From a virus (lineage: Duplodnaviria; Caudoviricetes): DNA of 25,935 nucleotides. The notes under the pieces are model-generated. The model was not told where the DNA came from and searched no databases. It worked only from the letters and a program-made list of their open reading frames with translations. Where the stretch lies: positions 1-25,935 of IMG/VR virus record IMGVR_UViG_3300020470_000186. One strand, 5' to 3'. The position numbers and the translations under genes are program-made. Below, piece by piece: positions 19,601 through 25,211 of the stretch; within the stretch, counting starts at the first letter, position 1; each line of letters begins with the position of its first letter.

Positions 19601-20390
19601 CATCCCAATTACTATACAATGGAGTAGTACCACCAATTGCTTCGTCTTCTATAGCAAAATAGAATTTACTCTTCTGACGTGGTTCTCTGTTGTATGATCT
19701 ATGTTCGTATTTTGTTTCACGGACTGCTTGGTCAGGATAGTATGCGTGGTCACGTAGCTTACCACTATAGTAACGGTATATTATGGTTCTCTCTGTACCA
19801 CACGTGTTACCAACACCCACGATATACACACGGGCATTACAGTCACTCCCGTGATTATCTTTAAAGCATAGTTTAGTACCACTGTCTTGTACAGTGAAAC
19901 CACCATATCCTGTACCTTGAGTTATTGTACAATTATATGTCTGCCCACCTTCAACATTTATTGTAGTTGATGCTGTTCCTGAATAATTACTTCCTTGTGT
20001 GAATGTTATCCCGCCTACACTATATGTACCTAATGCGGTACCTGCGGTATTAGGATTATCACTCCACGCAAAGTCTAACTGTATAGTAGCGTTACCTGTG
20101 CCTGTACAAACGATATTTCCATTAGAATCAAATGTAGCAGTGACGTTTGATGCATTATTGCCAGGTAAAGGTAAACATATTTCCTCTTTCTCTCCAATAT
20201 AAAAGACCTCATCTTTACCAAGGCGATATCCACCCTCACCTTCACCATCAAAGGTTATCTTATAATTTGCGGGTACGTTCTTTAATCCATCATTGGGACC
20301 ACCTGAGCCATCATTATATGTGACTTTATAGTCCTGAGAGTCAATCGGATTCTTGAAGCTCCTCCCCGTCTCTAGGATGTACGCTGGCAA
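16611..20390 (-). CDS. Large Cys-containing virion structural protein (1259 aa), probably baseplate/spike-associated
   Basis: Long ORF coupled to the PAAR-like gene by TAATG. Contains IINAGSGYKAP and IEDAGDGYPP repeats of the kind seen in gp7, and YRYY..DH-Y / LHEY..DHFYT (DUF5648-like) motifs. Confidence 0.75.
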   Translation of the reverse strand: MPAYILETGRSFKNPIDSQDYKVTYNDGSGGPNDGLKNVPANYKITFDGEGEGGYRLGKDEVFYIGEKEEICLPLPGNNASNVTATFDSNGNIVCTGTGNATIQLDFAWSDNPNTAGTALGTYSVGGITFTQGSNYSGTASTTINVEGGQTYNCTITQGTGYGGFTVQDSGTKLCFKDNHGSDCNARVYIVGVGNTCGTERTIIYRYYSGKLRDHAYYPDQAVRETKYEHRSYNREPRQKSKFYFAIEDEAIGGTTPLYSNWDGTGKDTYLTTGSGQELLGYIFTSEAAAVASGTLVPGESVLPLHEYLAPANYKGPDHFYTLRPQFEVNLETGVPGVADPGDPMNEEYQYVGIVGYVMTSTGPRKSSRIIEVGRPHDTGEVNRSGWYDWDYQGNGTFTEDDYLLEKGDVPCVKGWGDPDNAEILTDSAHFEWFYGKNGAVKASVPKYLGFHDAFEGQFVYYLYDTTYPWNGPIYGINMVTSDANCCQQQYTNNQPCIVTRDFKSFNYTIKESVWRTKKTRLFVDVPDQTPGGSESFWTCGTDDHRLFFRYTTSTGFFAIGERINGWMITAVRYFGDEMNCGYMELTQLQQEGNGNAFVYNNSYTSQNSGTIIALAGYGIEDKGAVFGVYEFPKKVAYTRVNVDPDALIPQRTIDVAEIHGLTNAQGKLESVQIINAGSGYKAPEISIEIPEVLRDQGFIDPAKNINESFTDDSSTEVQIELTNTLDYGRSEDNFRQTAADINNQQYVTESDFTGVLRQAKVRATVDNLGCIDQVIIEDAGDGYPPNFVPRIIVVDRESDTRVDTFVGEANLPYEDEVATSLEKFGGDAPDANQKLEASKKEMQGMFEEYNKNKETSVKRGYLTMTDTEPDEKTRFCGEVIPNNCFQPNSGVGWTDWAKNWDEEAVFGQLRTLAPDWNTNNEWISNTWKQSAPVSSTIEKKMSSGMAGIYPSGCVEVGQPKMYQVRRFFDIPCPYTSLDENGDEKVFGYMPFKYCGSKREMARIRISIQFEGDVSGAGEATNTAFLNFLKSMGDPATLRPRVTEISGEIKNSHPCSNGQAKGRCYESSPGQYTFAPIGGDEQTYDYGITNMSELEQFETWAGAGNYTGWGTTTITQQEVDGNGQPTGQTNEVTYNSVTLASCSGGKFPNPCWHNFVVDGVLDVNAGYDSDGNPITADNPCSSPPVVSSPCGKALEEVTHAAIAVPPKLVNAENHMEMGPYEGSLNYRNWGGAGATLLDDSLNTFGNPYFDECDLTFDVK
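16664..16670 (-). promoter_or_regulatory. Possible late promoter (CTAAATA) for the PAAR-like gene
   Basis: CTAAATA about 53 nt upstream of the ATG at 16611, inside the upstream CDS. Short motif in AT-rich DNA. Confidence 0.35.
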
Positions 20391-20682
20391 GTTGATCTAT
20401 ACGCTGTTCAAGATTATTTAGTCTGTCGAATAGAGTATCAAATAGTTGAGTCAAATTACTATGCTTGTCATCTCCAGGTATCTTATACTGAATCATATCA
20501 GCACCACGCCCTAGCATCTGCTCTATACCTGCTATACGTTCCGCTAGGTTGGTTGCAGTCTTCGCTATCATCTCAAACCTCCATTCATTCTCTTCCTCTA
20601 TATTAGCGAATTTAGGAATCTCAGGAGCATTAGGATGTTGTGTATAATTTGGTTGCTGTTGAGCAGGATACTTGATTTGCAT
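20341..20682 (-). CDS. Hypothetical coiled-coil protein (113 aa)
   Basis: ORF track. Heptad-like LAERIAGIEQML and LFDRLNNLEQRIDQL; TAATG coupling to the upstream gene; 50-nt overlap with the next gene. Confidence 0.75.
   Translation of the reverse strand: MQIKYPAQQQPNYTQHPNAPEIPKFANIEEENEWRFEMIAKTATNLAERIAGIEQMLGRGADMIQYKIPGDDKHSNLTQLFDTLFDRLNNLEQRIDQLASVHPRDGEELQESD
20415..20421 (-). promoter_or_regulatory. Putative late promoter (CTAAATA) for the 1259-aa gene
   Basis: CTAAATA about 25 nt upstream of the ATG at 20390, similar spacing to the gp25 site. Confidence 0.5.
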
Positions 20683-21254
20683 TAGAAATAGTTAATGTTA
20701 AGTACAACACGGAACTTCTCATCAGTACAAGATGTTCCAGCGTGCGGTGTTCCTACAGGGAATTTAATAATACGGTTCGCAACTGATTCTACTTTAGGAC
20801 CATCTTGGAAGAATGTATATCCGTTATTATCATTTAGATAGAATATCGCTGTTGTCGCACCACAGAACTCATCTGAACCGTATTCACCACAGTCAGTATG
20901 GTAATCATACTCTACTAGGTTATCTGTATGGTGGTTTAGGTTTGCTTTAATACGAATCAGTGCTCTGGGTTTAAGAGCGTTGATGACTGGTAGTATATAC
21001 TCGTAAAACTCATTCTGGGGTTGTCCACCTGCATACAGGTAGTTTACCATCTGCCAATTATAGATCTCCTTCGCTTGTAACTCAGGGTCTACCATACGTG
21101 CAACGTGCATTACCTTTGCTTGATTCACAAACCACGGAAAGTCTTGCCCACATAACACCTCCTGCATTTTCAGAAAGTCTTCAGTCTTTAGGAAGTTATC
21201 CTTCTTTAGGATAATACTATCCTTGACTATATCCACAGTTTGAAAGATTTCCAT
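20682..21254 (-). CDS. 2OG-Fe(II) oxygenase superfamily protein
   Basis: 190 aa. RIKANL, HTD (HxD), TTAIFYLNDNNGYTFF, distal H (PHAG) and RVVLNINYF give the facial triad plus the 2OG-binding Arg. Confidence 0.88.
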   Translation of the reverse strand: MEIFQTVDIVKDSIILKKDNFLKTEDFLKMQEVLCGQDFPWFVNQAKVMHVARMVDPELQAKEIYNWQMVNYLYAGGQPQNEFYEYILPVINALKPRALIRIKANLNHHTDNLVEYDYHTDCGEYGSDEFCGATTAIFYLNDNNGYTFFQDGPKVESVANRIIKFPVGTPHAGTSCTDEKFRVVLNINYF

Positions 21255-21295
21255 AATAGTTACGACGCTCGCGGGGTACTGTTCAAAGGGTATTA

Positions 21296-21517
21296 TTATT
21301 CTATAAATGTATCCGCATCTAGTTTAGCACATATAGACCTCCACGTGGCTTGAACCTTTTCCAATGGTTTCCCACCACAAACTTCAGCCTTGTATAACAG
21401 ACACCACCTTCCGCTATTAGCAATAAGCTGACGTTCTTCCTTTGTAAGAGTGATGGTCCACTCAGTCTGTTCGGGCATACCCTCATATCTGACCATTATA
21501 TTATAACACGTTGTCAA
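21296..21517 (-). CDS. Hypothetical protein; true start probably at an internal ATG (MVRY or MPEQ)
   Basis: ORF track. The annotated TTG start lies within a promoter-like sequence. Confidence 0.6.
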   Translation of the reverse strand: MTTCYNIMVRYEGMPEQTEWTITLTKEERQLIANSGRWCLLYKAEVCGGKPLEKVQATWRSICAKLDADTFIE

Positions 21518-21528
21518 GTGTTAGTCAG
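21500..21528 (-). promoter_or_regulatory. Putative sigma70-like promoter with an internal inverted repeat
   Basis: CTGACT-N17-TATAAT with an extended -10 (TGtTATAAT). The spacer holds AACAC-N8-GTGTT. Confidence 0.45.
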
Positions 21529-21685
21529 TATCTTTGACAAATACGGCAGTATTGTCATCAATCTCATATGAAAGTATGTCACTTGGTAACCATCCTAGAT
21601 CTTCTGTAAGATCATCTGGTAGAATAATGTACAGGTCACCAGTGTGATCGTCTTCCTGGATCTCTGTAATAAATCGTCTAGTCAT
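21521..21685 (-). CDS. AbrB/MazE/SpoVT-like small DNA-binding protein (54 aa)
   Basis: Hand-translated: MTRRFITEIQEDDHTGDLYIILPDDLTEDLGWLPSDILSYEIDDNTAVFVKDTD*. The G.LYI.LP......LGW...D.L...I pattern fits the swapped-hairpin family. Start overlaps the NlpC/P60 3' end. Confidence 0.72.
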   Translation of the reverse strand: MTRRFITEIQEDDHTGDLYIILPDDLTEDLGWLPSDILSYEIDDNTAVFVKDTD

Positions 21686-22097
21686 TCTTTTTACGTATCA
21701 CATACCTGATCAGAGGTATATAGGTGTTTATCTTCTCTACTTTACTGACATCGTATGCTTTATGGTGTATCATATAACCATCTCCGATATATGCTGCACC
21801 GTGTGATACTCTTTTCCCTGTGAAGTCCATTAGCAACAGGTCGAAGACTTTCAGAGAGTCTGTGGAAAACGTATCCTTAGAATTATCGTATACACACTCC
21901 CAGTCTTCACCTTCCCACAGATCCTTCATAAACTGTCTGGCACTGAAGGAGTAGTCTTCTTTACATTCGTGGTAACCGAGGTCTACACCCATATCGTACA
22001 ATAGCGTGAAGCATCCCCCACCCTTCTGTTTCTTCCAAGGGCGACCTAGGTACTTCGAGTACTCCTCCTCGTATTTTTTGATTAACTTATCCGACAT
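21678..22097 (-). CDS. NlpC/P60 (C40) peptidase, similar to the lambda tail protein K C-terminal domain
   Basis: 139 aa. YLGRPW....GGGCFTL (catalytic Cys), DLLLM, SHGAAYIGDGYMIHH (catalytic His plus second His). Confidence 0.85.
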   Translation of the reverse strand: MSDKLIKKYEEEYSKYLGRPWKKQKGGGCFTLLYDMGVDLGYHECKEDYSFSARQFMKDLWEGEDWECVYDNSKDTFSTDSLKVFDLLLMDFTGKRVSHGAAYIGDGYMIHHKAYDVSKVEKINTYIPLIRYVIRKKND

Positions 22098-22122
22098 TTT
22101 TTACCTGGGAAATTTTTTTGTA

Positions 22123-22228
22123 TATAGGGGGACCCTAATCGCGATTTCGATAATATGCTGTCCCCTATACTTTTGTAGGTTACACTCAAACACTTTTTTT
22201 ATATGTCGAAAGTGTTAATTAGTGAGTG
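22123..22228. other. Two tandem inverted repeats in the intergenic leader of NlpC/P60
   Basis: TATAGGGGGAC (22123-33) pairs with GTCCCCTATA (22160-69). CACTCA-AACACTTT (22183-96) pairs with AAAGTGTT..TGAGTG (22209-28). Confidence 0.6.
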
Positions 22229-22239
22229 CACAGTTGTTG

Positions 22240-22443
22240 TTAATTAGTGGCATCAATTCCTACATCATAACATAACCCTTCGAGGATGAAATAATCACAT
22301 AATTGTTGATACTGAAGCAACTGCTCATTTAGTCCACAATCTATTAAGAACTGTGCGACCTCTATTTGTTCATCAGGCGGCAAATTACCCTCGTCGAGTA
22401 ACTCTAACCACGTTGCAATCTTACTGGGAATGTGTATAGTCAA
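22240..22443 (-). CDS. Hypothetical protein (about 67 aa)
   Basis: ORF track. WLELLDEGNLPPDEQIEVAQFLIDCGL; part of a tightly overlapped small-gene run. Confidence 0.7.
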   Translation of the reverse strand: MTIHIPSKIATWLELLDEGNLPPDEQIEVAQFLIDCGLNEQLLQYQQLCDYFILEGLCYDVGIDATN

Positions 22444-22564
22444 GGTCTAAATCTCCAAATGATTGATCTTCATACTCGATGTAATCTGTATCTTGATTAT
22501 CATCTTCATCGAGCATATTGTCTATCCAATCTTTATACTCAATGTGACGTAATTTGTCATCCAT
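22421..22564 (-). CDS. Small acidic hypothetical protein (likely start MDDKLRH)
   Basis: C-terminal part of track ORF 22421..22645. The internal ATG is preceded by AGGAGG and overlaps the end of the upstream gene. Confidence 0.65.
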   Translation of the reverse strand: MDDKLRHIEYKDWIDNMLDEDDNQDTDYIEYEDQSFGDLDLDYTHSQ

Positions 22565-22742
22565 TGTTGTAACCCTCCTGATTGTAATTAGAGTTTGATT
22601 GTTTATACTCAGAGTAGTCATTATACTCTGAATTGTTGTTAACAACTCTCCCCTTATTTCGGTTCGAATTGTTTCTCTTTTCTCGGAGACTTTTGGGTCT
22701 ATTTGACTTATACGTATCGTTACGTTTGTAAGTCCTTCCCAT
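22557..22742 (-). CDS. Small basic/Asn-rich hypothetical protein (61 aa)
   Basis: MGRTYKRND..RPKSLREKR; first gene downstream of a consensus sigma70 promoter. Confidence 0.75.
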   Translation of the reverse strand: MGRTYKRNDTYKSNRPKSLREKRNNSNRNKGRVVNNNSEYNDYSEYKQSNSNYNQEGYNNG

Positions 22743-22784
22743 TGTAATTAATGCTACTATGTAACATCGTAGACTGCAACACTA

Positions 22785-22814
22785 ATTATAAAGAATCAAT
22801 CCCAATTTTGTCAA
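22785..22814 (-). promoter_or_regulatory. Consensus sigma70-type early promoter
   Basis: TTGACA (22814-09), N18, TATAAT (22790-85); 42 nt upstream of the ATG at 22742. Confidence 0.8.
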
Positions 22815-22846
22815 GGTTTGTGTCAATTTGTGTACATCCCTATGTG

Positions 22847-22875
22847 TTGACAACTCGTGCGTTACTAGATAGACT
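22847..22875 (+). promoter_or_regulatory. Orphan plus-strand sigma70-type promoter facing the DnaA-box cluster
   Basis: TTGACA (22847-52), N17, TAGACT (22870-75). No credible plus-strand ORF downstream. Confidence 0.6.
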
Positions 22876-22910
22876 CCTAAGGTTGCTAATCCTCCGCTAG
22901 TTTATAACAT

Positions 22911-23045
22911 TTATTCACTGCTTATTGTAGTGCTTATGTTATACTTTATCCACTGTATTTTCCACAGTTAAATGATAGTTTTCCACACATATTGTGGAAG
23001 AGATAAAATTACATAGTATATTTATTTTACCATTTAATTATTATA
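22911..23045. other. DnaA-box cluster plus AT-rich tract (origin-like locus)
   Basis: TTATTCACT 22911-19, TTATCCACT 22946-54, TTTTCCACA 22958-66, TTTTCCACA 22979-87 and inverted TGTGGAAGA 22993-23001, followed by AT-rich 23002-23045. Confidence 0.65.
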
Positions 23046-23077
23046 GCGGGGATACTAATCTATGGGTCTATTTGATA

Positions 23078-23410
23078 CTAACTCCACTTGAGATTGTGAT
23101 AATTATCATTCAATTTGTTGCCGTCTATGTGTAAAACATTCCTGCAATCGTTGGTAGTTGGTATAAATGCGCTTGCACATAATCGGGCAATTCTTCTTAC
23201 TACGGTCTTACCATTTTGCCTTAATGTAACACGTCGATATCCATTTTCATTTAAATGTGTCTTTAATTGTCGCCATTTTCCATACTTAGCAGAATAAACT
23301 GTTCCGTCGCTATCTATAAAATAGTCCTCGTAATCTGGTATTTGTTTGTATACCTTACCATCGGCATCTTTGTAAGTGTTGTTATCAACTTTAGTGAATA
23401 AGTAAGTCAT
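23078..23410 (-). CDS. NUMOD4 + HNH_3 homing-endonuclease-like protein, truncated and probably inactive
   Basis: YKQIPDYEDYFIDSDGTVYS..LK..LNENGYRRVTL (NUMOD4) and VLHIDGNKLNDNYHNLKW (HNH_3). GAGG RBS upstream. Ends immediately after NLKWS. Confidence 0.8.
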   Translation of the reverse strand: MTYLFTKVDNNTYKDADGKVYKQIPDYEDYFIDSDGTVYSAKYGKWRQLKTHLNENGYRRVTLRQNGKTVVRRIARLCASAFIPTTNDCRNVLHIDGNKLNDNYHNLKWS

Positions 23411-23427
23411 TAGTTTAATACCTCATT

Positions 23428-24066
23428 TCAAAAAGGGGCGACGTTAAATGTTAACGAAATACGATTTGGATGCCCATTTCCTTCATATCCGTGTTGCATA
23501 TTTGGGGGGTGAATGATAACATCTCCCTCGTTATATGGTACAGTACAATCTAATTGATTGAACGCATTTTGTGCTGTATTGTTTACAACAACTACTGGGT
23601 AATGTGTGCTACTACAATGTCTACGAAATTTCATCATTGCGTGCTTATTTGGTTCAAAGTTTATGAAATATGTGCCACTATATAACACATTGCTGTGCTC
23701 GTGTGGTGCATACATAGACCCCTCATTACCCAATTCTAAGTATGAATCAGCGAGTTTAATTGTATCGCCTAAATCATATGCTAGTGCGTCCTTATTTGTC
23801 TTACTAATTGCCTCTAATATCATTTCTTTAATAACACTTAGTTCAGGCAATTCTAGTATGTTAGATGGACCTAACTGCTGCACTTTATGACTGATATAAT
23901 GTCTATTATTATCGCTAATTTCCTTTAATGATGATATGTAATCTAGGATAATTGCCTTGTGTTCAGTATGATTTTTATTGGTATATCTTCCCACTGGTTG
24001 CATAAACAAACCATAGACAGTTGGGTTCGCTATTTGTTCTAAACTGTCTGATAATTCCTCAGTCAT
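23428..24066 (-). CDS. Putative 2OG-Fe(II) oxygenase, TIGR02466-like
   Basis: 212 aa. LF..PV, PHEHSNVLYSGTYFI (HxH), EGDVIIHPPNMQHG and RISLTFN. Confidence 0.88.
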   Translation of the reverse strand: MTEELSDSLEQIANPTVYGLFMQPVGRYTNKNHTEHKAIILDYISSLKEISDNNRHYISHKVQQLGPSNILELPELSVIKEMILEAISKTNKDALAYDLGDTIKLADSYLELGNEGSMYAPHEHSNVLYSGTYFINFEPNKHAMMKFRRHCSSTHYPVVVVNNTAQNAFNQLDCTVPYNEGDVIIHPPNMQHGYEGNGHPNRISLTFNVAPF

Positions 24067-24089
24067 AATGTATAATAATAAAGGACAAT

Positions 24090-24117
24090 AAAAAAGAGAG
24101 AATATTTAATTCCCTCT
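24090..24117 (-). terminator. Intrinsic terminator-like hairpin overlapping a promoter start region
   Basis: Minus strand AGAGGGAAT-TAAAT-ATTCTCTCT followed by a T tract; 9-bp stem with one G-U pair. Confidence 0.55.
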
Positions 24118-24147
24118 ATTATATAGCATAGATTGATACCTTGTCAA
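24118..24147 (-). promoter_or_regulatory. Consensus sigma70-type promoter for the oxygenase-HNH unit
   Basis: TTGACA (24147-42), N18, TATAAT (24123-18). Confidence 0.75.
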
Positions 24148-24153
24148 TGCAAT

Positions 24154-24477
24154 TTACTCAAGTAGCATACCACTAACAAATGGAATTGAAGAACCATCGC
24201 AACACTTAAAGAACCAAGTAAAGTTCTTTTGGTATACTCCCTCACCCCATTTTCCTACTGCGTCGATGATAGCGTTTAGGCGGGATTTGGTTGTATTTGA
24301 TTGCCAACCTCCGTCAAATAGGCGGAAATCGATTCTACTAACCTCAGCGATCTTGTTACCGTGTAGGTATACAATAGCGTTGTTAGTCTCTGGATCAATT
24401 TGTACACTTGTGTTTGAAGATTGCCAGTTAACTCTGTTAAGAATTGCTTGGTTCATTTGTGATTCAATCTTTCTCAT
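24154..24477 (-). CDS. Hypothetical early protein (107 aa)
   Basis: ORF track. MRKIESQMNQAI..VYLHGNKIA..DGGWQSNTTKSRLNA resembles cyanophage early hypotheticals as I recall them; has its own upstream regulatory region. Confidence 0.85.
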   Translation of the reverse strand: MRKIESQMNQAILNRVNWQSSNTSVQIDPETNNAIVYLHGNKIAEVSRIDFRLFDGGWQSNTTKSRLNAIIDAVGKWGEGVYQKNFTWFFKCCDGSSIPFVSGMLLE

Positions 24478-24503
24478 AATGTCGTGTAATTGTTTGATCT
24501 TTT

Positions 24504-24566
24504 AGTATAATAGGCGATCAGATGGGCAAATGGGAGAAATGTGTGTAGGTTGTTTAACTGGCACAC
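24504..24566 (-). promoter_or_regulatory. Imperfect palindrome upstream of a TATACT -10 box
   Basis: Minus strand GTGTGCCAGTT-AAAC-AACCTACACAC (24566-24541), then TATACT at 24509-24504 with no well-spaced -35. Confidence 0.55.
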
Positions 24567-24724
24567 TCCAAACGCCATTCTGATTTGTTTATACTATTAT
24601 GGCAAGTTGTACACGTTAATGCACTCCAACTAAAATGAAATACACGTGCATTGTTGTTACAAACTGGGCAAACTATTTCTTTGCCGTTATAACCTGCCCT
24701 AGTATATCTGTTGACGTTTGTCAT
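24554..24724 (-). CDS. Zinc-ribbon protein (56 aa, CxxC..CxxC)
   Basis: Hand-translated: MTNVNRYTRAGYNGKEIVCPVCNNNARVFHFSWSALTCTTCHNSINKSEWRLECAS*. TAATG-coupled to the upstream gene. Confidence 0.8.
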   Translation of the reverse strand: MTNVNRYTRAGYNGKEIVCPVCNNNARVFHFSWSALTCTTCHNSINKSEWRLECAS

Positions 24725-24990
24725 TAGTTTGACTCCATAGATTGTACTAGTTTGTCAACACATTGGGCATAATCTCCATTGGTTTCGATAATACATTTCT
24801 CAACATCATTTGCAGTGAAATTATCAGTAACTTCCTCTAATGCTGAGAAGATATTATCAACATCAAGAGAGAAATTGCCTCCTGCTTGATAATCATCATT
24901 GCCCTCAATGTATCCCTCTAAACAGTAAAGAATTGTAGAGATTTCATTACCTGTTAGTCTAACATTGTGGACTGATTCTTCAAAACTCAT
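24724..24990 (-). CDS. Hypothetical acidic protein (88 aa)
   Basis: ORF track. GGAGGAG RBS; TAATG coupling at both ends. Confidence 0.75.
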   Translation of the reverse strand: MSFEESVHNVRLTGNEISTILYCLEGYIEGNDDYQAGGNFSLDVDNIFSALEEVTDNFTANDVEKCIIETNGDYAQCVDKLVQSMESN

Positions 24991-25211
24991 TAATACTCCT
25001 CCTGTGCAATAAATGGGACAATGTTATCAGTAGTGACCCTATATCCAGTCACTTCAGCATTAACGTGATCTCCTAAATCATCATCATAGTATGATAAATT
25101 AGAGTTCAAGTATGCTTGGATTTCTTCACATAAATGAACAGGATTAGGGTTGTCGTCGTGTTCACATACTATGCGAAATGTGTAGTTGAATGTTTGTACT
25201 TTAGTCATCAA
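24990..25211 (-). CDS. Hypothetical protein (about 73 aa)
   Basis: ORF track. GGAGG RBS upstream; overlaps the upstream stop. Confidence 0.75.
   Translation of the reverse strand: MMTKVQTFNYTFRIVCEHDDNPNPVHLCEEIQAYLNSNLSYYDDDLGDHVNAEVTGYRVTTDNIVPFIAQEEY

Noticed and set aside
14311-20202. Short antisense or alternate-frame ORFs inside gp6 and the 1259-aa gene, and 15784..15969
   Set aside because: They overlap better-supported genes and show no recognisable motif.
21495-21517. Perfect TTGACA and TATAAT close together
   Set aside because: The spacing is 6 or 11 nt, incompatible with sigma70. The CTGACT-17-TATAAT reading was used instead.
21296-21685. Type II toxin-antitoxin pair
   Set aside because: The downstream ORF shows no MazF, PIN or RelE motif and appears to have its own promoter.
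22744-22757. GTA-N8-TAC (NtcA-like) site just upstream of the ATG at 22742
   Set aside because: Only six specified bases in AT-rich DNA, so many chance hits are expected; it is not at the activating position.
22098-23077. tRNA genes in the intergenic gaps
   Set aside because: I could not find a cloverleaf with a properly placed T-loop and acceptor stem.
23046-23427. Group I intron or intein hosting the HNH
   Set aside because: No interrupted host gene, flanks too short, and no recognisable intron core; the ORF appears free-standing.
22006-24505. Plus-strand track ORFs 22006..22218, 23115..23297, 23606..23890 and 24266..24505
   Set aside because: They are antisense shadows of well-supported minus-strand genes.
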